A program made the translations under genes and the position numbers. The notes beneath the pieces are model-generated. The model did no database searches. It saw only the letters and a list, made by a program, of their open reading frames with translations, and was not told where the DNA came from. Source: Chrysemys picta bellii (taxonomy: Eukaryota). Taken from it: a DNA stretch of 64,000 nucleotides. The stretch spans positions 84,072,001 to 84,136,000 of the forward strand of contig NC_088800.1 in assembly GCF_011386835.1 (NCBI RefSeq). Reading direction: 5' to 3'. Positions 1-9,130 of this stretch are shown here, piece after piece; the first letter of the stretch is position 1, and the number at the start of each line of letters is the position of its first letter.

Positions 1-81
1 TCATGCTGGGAGATATTTGCACACAGCCGAATGAAGGCAAAAAATACACTAGATATTTTAATGCTCCCTCTTTCTCCCAAG

Positions 82-275
82 CAGACTGCACAAGAACTCC
101 ATTGACAACAGAAGTGGTGGTGAAGCAGAGAGACCTTCTAGCTTCCAAGTACACATCCAGCAGTGATCTGGATGCTTGCCTGCCTGATGATGTGCTGAGA
201 AACAATTTGGAAACTTTGGGGAAGATGGAATTTCAGGCCCCTCTCCTTCAAGTGCTAAAGCTGAAACTGGACAAG
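82..275 (+). CDS. MSLN: Mesothelin-like exon (ADCTRTPLT...VLKLKLDK)
   Basis: Tandem acceptor CAAG|CAG| (start 82 or 85, same phase); donor AAG|GTAGCG at 276. Confidence 0.8.
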
Positions 276-3200
276 GTAGCGCAGAATCTGGAACAGGTTG
301 GGTGAGATATGCGGAGGGGGACTTGTTGGGGCAAAAAGGTAACGTTGAAGGATGGCTTTTGAGGGGATTGTTTGGGGTTAAACTTTTCAATATTGTCAGT
401 TCAGCAACTAACAAGGACACTTTCCACATCTACAGCACCTTTCCCGCAAAGATCTTAGAGCATATTGCAAACATTAATGAATTAAGTCTCATAACACTCC
501 TAGCTTCATTTCACACTTGGGGACACGAGTGCTCTGAGTGTTTTAGGCCAAATTTTGTAAACTAAACAAATAAATGGCCTGATTCTCAGGGGGCCTGAGC
601 ACTTTTAATTTCTTGGAAGTGTATGAGACCCGTGTGCTCTCGGCACCTCTGAAAAATCAAGCCACCTATGTAGGTGCTGAACTTTGAACACCCAAAGTTT
701 GAAAATTTTGGCCAAAATGGCCCAAAGTCACTCCCTGTATCAGGACCAGGAATAGAAACCGAAAGTCCTGATACCACATCCCCGGCTCTTACCACTCCCT
801 TCCCCTTAAATACAGGTAGGATATTATGATATTGTATCGGATTCAGGAATCAGTTCATAAGAAGTTCAACAAAAAACAAGAGCCATTAAAAATAAAACAC
901 ATGACTAACTCCTGGTGGTGGATTTGGAACCTTAGGAAGGTGTATCAAATCTACCTGCTTACCCACTGGATTTTGAATCAATGTCTGTGAATCCTGCACA
1001 CTTAGTAGATCTTCTTGTACACATTAGCTTCATATCCACTTGAGAAGTGTGTGCACTGAAACAACTCAGACATATGCTGCCTGTCTGCTCACTATATTTT
1101 GTGCTACAAACAGATCTTTGGCACGCTGCCTGAAGACTACCTTCCACTATTAGGAAACATAGCCAGGATGTATACCACAACTGAAATTGCTAACTGGAAT
1201 ATCACTACAGCCGAGACCTTATCAGCCCTATTGACAGGAACATCATGGCAAGAGGATCTCCCAAAGGTAAGACACATGCGAGCAAAACATGACAAGTGCT
1301 GCGAGGACACTAATTAAAAAAAAATAATCAGTGATTAAAAAGTGGACACTGTTGCTGCCTAAATAATGTCACACAAACACACACAGAGTATATTGTGTGC
1401 AGTACTGGACACAGAAATTGTTATTGCCCTGGAAACAGTGATCCTGTTACTTGTCTGGCCCCATCTGGGGAACTGTTTGCAAAGCTAGGGAGGTTATTAG
1501 ATTAGAAATGGTGCAATGTAGGGAAACCAAAATGATATGAGGTCTCCAAGATTCTTGAACGTGAGGTTAAAGGAAACAGTCTTATTCTGATTGGAAAAGA
1601 AGAGGCCACAAAAGGGAATGTTTCAAAAGTATGAACAGATACCAATTAAGTTGATAAAGAAAAGTACACTCTCCTGTTTTAAATGGAGGCTTTAATCAGA
1701 ACATTCAGAAATTAAAAGCCACCATGGATCTCAGACACGGATCTTTCAACCATAGGGTGATAAATATGTGGAATCAGCTATATTGGAATGTGATGGTAGC
1801 AGTGAGTATAAATGGAGGTCAAGAGGCACCTATAAAAATCTGGGAAAAGGGGATTTAAAATACTGGTAGAAAAGCAGAATTGTGGGAATAAACTTGGGAC
1901 CCCAGGCAGACTTTTCTTCGCCTTAAAATGTCTTGTTGATTTAGCACTTAGTACAAAAGAAATATTTTGATGCGATAATGGGTCAGGTGATAGAGAGGAA
2001 CATTATTTTAAATTACTTGAATGGGTGTCAGCAACTGCAATTTTTAAATTAACGTACTTTTTAAACACTCATCGGTTTACCTTAACGGTCATACCTCCAG
2101 GTTACGTCTCTGGTCACTCGGCATCTAGAAGCTAATGGCAATCAGTTAGACGGAACAATGCTCACAATGCTAGCTCCACACATCTGTGCTTTGGAAGATA
2201 CTCAGATAAAAGCCATCAGCAGTGAGGCCGTCAGGTACCTTTTGACTCTTTTAAGCACTAGACACATTCGGGGTAAGTGGGTTCTGTTTCTTTCTTTCTT
2301 CTTTTAATAGCGGATCAAGAAATCTACACTTAGGACTTGCTTCTTTGTAGCTCGGACTGGGCGAGAGCTCAGGAGGATTCGTTGGTGTTGTACAAATTCT
2401 GCTAGTCTCCTTCTGACAGTCACAAGCCCCAGGGTGGGCTCACCAGCAGCTGTTTGGGGAGAGGGAAAAAGGCAGGGCATTATGCAGCCTCTTTCCGGTC
2501 TAGGACCCCAGTTTCTTCTGCTGTGCCATTACACCAGCCCATGCGAGGCAGGGCAATACTGTTCTCCCCATTGTGAAGGGGCACCGACAGTCTGAGTGAC
2601 TTGCCCAAGGTCATACAAGGTGTCTGTGGCAAAGCTGGGAATTAAACCTGGGCCTCCTAAATGCAGGTTAGCGCCCTAACCACGGGGCCAGCCTTCCTCT
2701 CCCGGGGTTTTGGTTTTGTCGGGGTGTATTTCACCGAGCTATGCACATGCTGGTTGCTCAAACCGTTGACAAATACAAAAGGTACATCTCTAAAAACTTC
2801 CTCTCCAGAGAGACCAGCAGGCCCATGAATACCTCGCTGTGTTCTCAGCGCCAGAAGAATCTCTTCTATAGCCAGCTGAGAGCTGCTTACGAGGAGAACC
2901 CGAGTTCTCCAGATGCCTACTACCAGCTGCTGAAGCCTGCCATTGGTGAGTTCCACTGTTGATGCTGGCAGGGCTGAAAGAAGCAGGTTGGCAGTTGCTC
3001 AGTGTGCCCTGTTAGGGGGCTGAGAGACTCCAGCTCGGGCCTTTGCCAGTTGGGGCAGTGTGGGCACGTCTACATAGCAAGGAAAAACCCACAGCGCTGA
3101 GTCTCAGAGCCCGGGGCAATTGACTCCAGTTCGCTGGGCTCTGGAGGGCTAAACATAGCAGCAGAGACGTTCCCACTCAGGCTGCAGACCGGGCTCGAGA

Positions 3201-6200
3201 CCCTCTCCCCTTGCTGGGTTTCAGAGTCCAGGCTCCAGCCCACACCAAAGCGTCTATACTGCTGTTTATAGCCCCACAGCCCAAGTCCTGCGAGTCTATG
3301 TCAGCTGACCTGGGCTCTGAGGCTCAGCACCACAGGTGTTTCTTTGCAGGGTAGCTGTCCCCTGGGGGAGAAGGAAGGAGAGTCTAGCCACTATGGTGAC
3401 CTCTTCAGCCACCTTGAGAGCAGCATTTAGGGGAGGGATGAGATAGGTCAGGCCTTACCACATAAGGACCACTTGTGGAGTGGGGAATAAACAGAAGCTG
3501 GAGGAGGAATACTTGCTGGCTCTGAAAGGAACCACTCCCCCACCTCCTATCACCTGCGCCTCTGGAAAAAAAAATGTGATTAAGAATTGCAGTCAGCAAT
3601 GTGACTGACTACTATCATCATCACAGGCAATTGCATCCGACAGGAAATATAGAGAATATGTCGCCTCTAGGGTGACCAGACAGCAAGTATGAAAAATCAG
3701 GACAGAGGGTGGAGGGTAATAGGAGCCTATACAAGAAAAAGCATCAAATATATAAAATCGGGACATCTGGTCACCCTAGTAGCCTCACATTTTCTTAGGA
3801 GACGGGTCAAATTTTCAGAGTGACTGTGGGAGTTTGGAACACGTAGGCCTGTGTTCATTCACCATGGTGATGTGTGCAAACTAGGCACTTGTGTGGGAAA
3901 ATGGGTTTCTAAGTGCCCATTCAGAAGTGGCTGAGTGTTGTTTATTTGCCTGTAATATATAGGGGCAAGCCTAGATGACCTGGTGTGCCTGTCAGGCCTG
4001 AACCTATATGACTCTATGGTTCAACGACACAAAATGTGATGGGAAGGTTTTGTGGGATCTTGGCAGCTAGACACAGCTTCTGCTTTTCTTCTTTAAAGGC
4101 GGAGCCCCAACCAAGGATCTGATCAAATTTGCTTCTGGTTATCCTGTCATGGACGTAGCCACATTTACAGCCCTCAACCCAGATGAAGTCCAGGTGGGTG
4201 GCGTTTTCCATTGTCAATAGCAATTAATCCATCAGCACTGCCTGCTCTGCCAGTGCTTTTTCCTGGGAGAACAAAAATGTCACTCCTGATCCTGCAGTTT
4301 TTAGGCAAGACTCCCATTGACTACAACAGAAAGACAGTGATTGAAATGAGAATCTTCCCTAGATTTCAGGACTGGGGACTAAGTAGGCCCCATTGTCAGA
4401 TGTGGCTACATAGCAACTGCCAGTCTGGATCAGACCCAAGGTCTATCTAGCCCAGTGTCCTGTCTCCAACAGGGGTCAGCACCAGATGTTTCAGAGGAAG
4501 ATGTACGAACTCCATAGCAGGAAGAGGTGGGGTAGCCTGCCCCGACGTTAGGTCTCGCCCTGCTCTCTAATAGTCAGAGTTAAGCCCTGAAGCATGAAGT
4601 TTAACATCCCTTCCAAAATGTTGTTCTCATTAATGACAGTTCTGGATATTCTTAGCTATATTAATGTCCAACCCCTTTTTAAATCTTGCTCATTTCTTGG
4701 CCTCAAGGACATTCTGGGGTAATGAGCTCCGCTGTCTAATTACACAGTGTATGAAAAAGTATTTCCTTTTCTCTCTCCAGAAGAAAGGAGGGGTTTTTAT
4801 GCCCTCAGTCATTCCCATCATCCTTCTCTAAGCTCCTAGGGTACAGGACCGGCTCCAAGCAGGTGCTTGGGGCAGCAAGTCGGGCTCTTTGGCGGCAATT
4901 CGGCGGCGGGTCCCTCGGTCCCTCTCAGAGGGAAGGACTTGCCGCCGAAGAAGAAGAAAGCGGCGCGGTGGAGCTGCCGCCGATCGCGGCTTTTTTTTTT
5001 TTCCCCTCCTGCCGCTTAGGGCAGCAAAAACCCTGGAGCCGGCCCTGCTAGGGTACCGTGAACCCCTTGCATACTGACATTTTGCAGTCAGCTATCTTTT
5101 TGCTTATCTGGATATACTGTGCACATTGTGTGTATATTGCCATCACCAGAGGATTAGACAAGAACCCCAGTCAGATCTCTTATCTAAACCTGTTAGCTGC
5201 CTTGAGCTGTAGGTACCTTCGTTTGGTTTTAAATTTTAAACCAACAGATTATCTGATCAGTTTTGCATTTAAGTGCAGAAACAATGAAAAATTGCTGTAG
5301 GCAAAAATCAGTCAAGGCATCCTGATGGTTTAATTAACCCACTACATAACTCAGCTCAACGAAGGGTCGAGATTTTGGTGCATTGACAGAGCAGCGTGGT
5401 GGCACAGGAGTGAAGGACAAAACCTACTAAGTCAGAGTAGTCTCCCACACAGGGGGTGCTGCAGGTGTTTTGGTTGTGAGGCGCACTGGAGTAGCAAGGG
5501 GTATTGTAGGGAAGAAGTGAGATGCATTAGCAGATCTGTAGGTAGGAAGCCCAGAACTAGGTTGGGTAGAGGGACATTGGCAGAGCAGAGCAAGAAACCT
5601 TAGCGGATGTTGTCAGTCTGCCATTATGTAACTTTTCTGTAAGCAGCTTGGAATTATTTCACATGAATGTACCTATTTTTATTTCTTTTCGGCTATAGAA
5701 ATTAAGCGCTCAAAATCTGAAAGATTTGCTAGGCGCTAATCTCCCAGAGCTGAACAATTTAGCGGATGACCCTGTGGTGAAATCTTGGACCCAGGCACGC
5801 AACCAATCAGAGGTGAATTCTTTAGGACTCCTTCTTGTAGCAGGACTCCCGGACAAGCCACCTAACGGTTTTATAGATATTCCATCAGGTAAGTGAATTC
5901 ACAACAAAAGAGCCAAGGGTACTGGTGAAATATATGGCTCCAAAAGCTATTCACTAAGCTGTGCCCAATGCTGATAAATAAAAGTGCACCTGTGATGCAG
6001 ATGCATATCACAGGCTTAACTTTCATATAGTTTCACTGTACAAAATCTAAGATTACCCTTAATTGGGACACAACACACATGGGGAAAAATTTAAGATTAA
6101 TTCACCGAAGGCAGATTCTCTCATACATCCAGTTCAGTTTGTGGGGCAGAGTACTAGGTTATGATATGAGAGATGTTAGGTCCTGATCTTGCAATGGGGC

Positions 6201-6651
6201 CTGCTCATTGTAGGATCAGGGCTTTAAATATTAGTTTGTTGAAAATATTGTAGGAATCAGAGATTGAAAAGCCCCATTAGATCATATTTAGTCTATCACA
6301 CAGTCCCATACCATATTCTCCAGTGGTTTGCAGGTCTAGTTTTAAAATGACTCAACAAATGGTTTTCACCCCCTTCCTTGGAAATCTATTTTACATCTCA
6401 GTAGATCTCACTATTAGAATGTTTTTCAAATGGTGGTTATGGAACACACATTAGGAGGTAGGGCAGTTATATTAAAGACTTGAATTGAAGGGATTTATTG
6501 CCTGCAGAGATGCAGCAGAATTGATACGATTTTTTAAATTTTTCTTTCAGAACCTTACATACCCGGAAGAGCAACGACATATGCAAAAGACCACATGTTC
6601 CAGCTTTTCTATTGCATGCTCTTCCCCTTGGTGTTAACTGCTTTCTTGTAG
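82..6651 (+). CDS. MSLN: Mesothelin-family (MSLN/MSLNL-like) GPI-anchored glycoprotein, 3' part only; join(82..275,1114..1266,2101..2234,2809..2945,4099..4193,5699..5888,6551..6651)
   Basis: Seven AG/GT-bounded exons join in frame (intron phases 0,0,2,1,0,1). The peptide follows the mature mesothelin region (DLDAC..VLKLKLDK, NWNITT..L.ALL, C..RQ..LFY, GGAPTKDL..MDVATF, L..LLG..L, NGF.D) and ends in a hydrophobic GPI-type tail. N-glycosylation sequons NIT, NTS, NQS. The 5' exons lie outside the window. MSLN vs MSLNL orthology is unresolved. Confidence 0.85.
1114..1266 (+). CDS. MSLN: Mesothelin-like exon (IFGTLPEDY...WQEDLPK)
   Basis: ACAAACAG|ATC acceptor, AAG|GTAAGA donor, 153 nt. Confidence 0.88.
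1440..1830 (+). mobile_element. Highly decayed CR1-like LINE fragment
   Basis: Degenerate CR1 ORF2/3'-like motifs (TGGCCCCATCTGGG, GAAAAGAAGAGG, TTCAACCATAGGGTGA..TGTGGAAT). Confidence 0.4.
2101..2234 (+). CDS. MSLN: Mesothelin-like exon (VTSLVTRHL...SSEAVR)
   Basis: CCTCCAG|GTT acceptor, CAG|GTACCT donor, 134 nt. Confidence 0.88.
2520..2700 (-). mobile_element. MIR-like CORE SINE remnant
   Basis: CCCCATT..GAGTGACTTGCCCAAGGTCA..GGCAAAGCTGGGAATTAAACC; similar remnants at about 7930-8070, 20360-20470, 31390-31540, 34060-34240, 42590-42660, 53400-53560, 57110-57310. Confidence 0.6.
2809..2945 (+). CDS. MSLN: Mesothelin-like exon (ETSRPMNTSLC...LLKPAIG)
   Basis: CTCTCCAG|AGA acceptor, TTG|GTGAGT donor, 137 nt. 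Confidence 0.88.
3062..3361. mobile_element. PIF/Harbinger-like MITE
   Basis: GGGCACGTCTACA terminus, internal CCAGGCTCCAGCCC..GTCTA; second copy at 39150-39420. Confidence 0.6.
3668..3778. mobile_element. hAT-type MITE (TAGGGTGACCAGA TIRs)
   Basis: TIRs; 8-bp TSD GTCGCCTC/GTAGCCTC. Confidence 0.88.
4099..4193 (+). CDS. MSLN: Mesothelin-like exon (GAPTKDLIKF...LNPDEVQ)
   Basis: CTTTAAAG|GC acceptor, CAG|GTGGGT donor, 95 nt. Confidence 0.9.
4395..4740 (-). mobile_element. Old CR1-family LINE 3' fragment
   Basis: GGATCAGACCCAAGGTCTATCTAGCCCAGTGTCCTG..CCAGATG.TTCAGAGGAAG, similar to 34833-35385. Confidence 0.6.
4844..5047. mobile_element. hAT (Tip100/MER45-like) MITE
   Basis: TIRs CAGGACCGGCTCC/GGAGCCGGCCCTG; perfect 8-bp TSD CTAGGGTA. 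Confidence 0.88.
5699..5888 (+). CDS. MSLN: Mesothelin-like exon (KLSAQNLKDLLG...NGFIDIPS)
   Basis: CTATAG|AAA acceptor, CAG|GTAAGT donor, 190 nt. Confidence 0.9.
6551..6651 (+). CDS. MSLN: Mesothelin-like last coding exon, GPI signal (EPYIPGRATTYAKDHMFQLFYCMLFPLVLTAFL*)
   Basis: TTTCTTTCAG|AA acceptor, phase matches the previous exon, hydrophobic C-terminus, TAG at 6649-6651. Confidence 0.8.
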
Positions 6652-6838
6652 GCTGTTCAGTATTTGCCAAATATTAAATAGTAATATTCTGGGGGGGGAG
6701 GGGAGAATTATAATGATTGATCTAATTGGCATGGTTACATTCAATTTATATATGTTCCAGTGTTCTTAAATGAACAAAATATAAAAAAGTGGAGCATTTA
6801 ATTTCTGCTTGGTAATACATTATTGCATTATCTCACCA

Positions 6839-7508
6839 CAGTGGTTCCCAAACTGGGGTTTGTGAAATTTTACAGGGGGTTCTTGGGGAAAAATTCCCCA
6901 ATGGCAGACAGAGCTGTCCCTAGGGACTCCGGGCAGCACGGGGCCAGCAGCCCGGAGCCCCTGGACTTCCAAGAACTAAGCAGATCAAAGCATCTCTATC
7001 ACACTGAGTTTTAAACTTCAAGACTCCTTATAAGAAATGGAAAGGGAGGTGGATATTTTTTGCTGTTTTTAAAATGAAGTAGGCAGCTAGGATTGTTTTT
7101 AAAATTATTATGAAGAACAAGTTTAAGCTTTGTTGTAACGTGCGTTGTTTGCCTGGACTGCTCAAGACCTGAATGCTTGTGTAAGAGGAACTCTTTGAAT
7201 TGGCTTCTTAAATCCCTTCCTGCTGTCTTATAACAAGCTTATTCAAAGTGATACAAGCTACGAAACTGAGATCTTGTTGCCGTTTTCATAATGTAATAAA
7301 AATACTGTAATGATCAATAATAATTAATAAAAGTGTGTAATAAGCATGTCATGAAAACAAATGTTATATTTCCAAGATCACGGCTTTTATAATTTATACT
7401 CAGGTAAAGGAGAAAATCCCTGGAAATATTCATTTTTAGGAGGGGGTTCGCGAGATTTGACATTTTAGTGAAAGGGGTTCACAGGTTGTTAAAGTTTGGG
7501 AACCAGTG
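6839..7508. mobile_element. hAT-Charlie-like non-autonomous DNA transposon
   Basis: TIRs CAGTGGTTCCCAAACT/AGTTTGGGAACCAGTG; degenerate 8-bp flanks TCTCACCA/CCCTACCA. Confidence 0.75.
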
Positions 7509-8513
7509 CCCTACCATCATCAGTCAGCACTGCTGTTGGTAAAATGCTTAAATAAATGCAAAATGTATGCCTAATCCTGCAAACTTCATTAGGGCTATTG
7601 ACAGTTAAAAGCACTACCCACACCAGTGTTTTCAGAATCAGGTCCTAAATAATTATAATTAAGTGTTGTTATTCTTCGCACGCTAATGACCATTAGTAAT
7701 ACATGTTATTTTTCAGCCAGCTGTGTTTATCACTAATATTTAAACACCTTTTATCAAGCATTTTCACAACCATTACTTTTAAAAAAAGTAATTGTCAAGT
7801 CAATGCAAATAGAGGAACATCTGATCAAATACGAGTTCTCTATCATTATCTGTCATGCTAGGTTCTCTGTAGGGCCCCATCTGTCTTTCTATACGCAAGG
7901 CTTAAAACAGTATGGTTTGAAGGTCTTCTAGTCAAAAAGATCCACGTTCTAAACCTGGTTCTACCACGGACTCAATGTGTGGCCTTGGGAAGTTGTTTCA
8001 CCTGGTGCTGCTACTGACTCATTGTGTTGCCCTAGGAAGTTATTTCACCTTTCTGTGCCTTGCTTTCCCCAATTGGCTCCATTGTCCATTTTATGCCCAT
8101 GAAACATTTCACTAGCAAATGTAGCGACCAGTGTTTATCTAGCATGAAGTGTTCCATCTGCAGAGCAGCATTCCCTCGGGCTAGATCATGAGGGATATTC
8201 AAACTTTTGTTTTCATCCCAGCGATTTTGAGGGAAAACTTTCTAGCACAGCAGGGGTGGGGCAAGAACATCAGCTAAATAAAAATGCTCCAAACAACAGG
8301 GGCGAACCCCTGGCACGCTGCCACTTTTTTACAATGTAAGGGGTTGCTTGGCGGCCTGTGTTTGGTCTCTCTGTGTAGCTAGGCAATCAGCTCTGTCCTG
8401 CAGCCTGTAACTCAACAAAGGTGTGTCGTGCCATCAAACAGATGGGTGCCCCCCATGACCCGCACGCAGCAGCAGGAGAAAGCGCATGCCCCGGGCTGCC
8501 TGCAGGCTGCTCA

Positions 8514-8636
8514 TAGGGTGACCAGATGTCCTGACTTTATAGGGACAGTCCCGCTTTTTGGGTCTTTTTCTTATATAGGCGCCTATTACCCCCCACCCCC
8601 ATCCCGATTGTTCACACTTGCCGTCTGGTCACCCTG
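8514..8636. mobile_element. hAT-type MITE (same family) at the edge of the CIAO3 promoter
   Basis: TAGGGTGACCAGATGTCC..CTGGTCACCCTG; no recognisable TSD. Confidence 0.82.
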
Positions 8637-8689
8637 TTTGCACCACCCCAACACTCCTGAATAACCCTGGCGAAGCAGGGGTTAAATAC

Positions 8690-9130
8690 CCCACTCCGGC
8701 CACCGCCCGGCTACTAGCCTACCCATCCCCCACCCAGCCCGAGCGGATGCTGCACCCCTCCACCCAGGCTTGCAGAGTCAGACAGCTAGCAGGGAAGCGG
8801 CGCGCGCACGCGCACTACCTTTTTTTGAGGCGTGACTTGAGACACCGACGCATGCGCAAATCTACTCCTTTTGGGCTATTGAGGCTTCCGTCCGCCGCGG
8901 TTTCCGGCAGCGTGAGAACGGCTTTTACAGCAGTGTGGCTTTTCACTGTTATCCCTCACGCTGTCGCTGCGTGCTTTCCGGCAGCGTGGCCGGAATGGCG
9001 TCTCCCTTCAGTGGGGTGCTGCAGCTGGCTGATCTGGATGATTATATCGGGCCCTCGCAGGTGGGGAGCGCGCTGGTTGGCTGCCTGCCAAGGGGCGCGA
9101 GGGCGGGGGAGGCTCCGCACGGCACGGGGG
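8690..9130. promoter_or_regulatory. CpG-island promoter of CIAO3
   Basis: Dense CpG; NRF1-like CGCATGCGCA at 8849-8858; ETS cores (CCGGAA, minus strand) near 8901 and 8975. Confidence 0.8.
8995..9060 (+). CDS. CIAO3: CIAO3 exon 1 ([22 protein letters not shown])
   Basis: ATG in CpG island (GGAATGG context); CAG|GTGGGG donor. Confidence 0.95.

Noticed and set aside
3-81. Met-initiated start of ORF 3..305
   Set aside because: Lies upstream of a clear acceptor; only 82-275 matches mesothelin, so it is intronic read-through
8926-8941. CAGUGU as a possible iron-responsive element in the CIAO3 5' region
   Set aside because: The five flanking bases (UACAG/GGCUU) do not form the upper stem and there is no bulged C at the right distance
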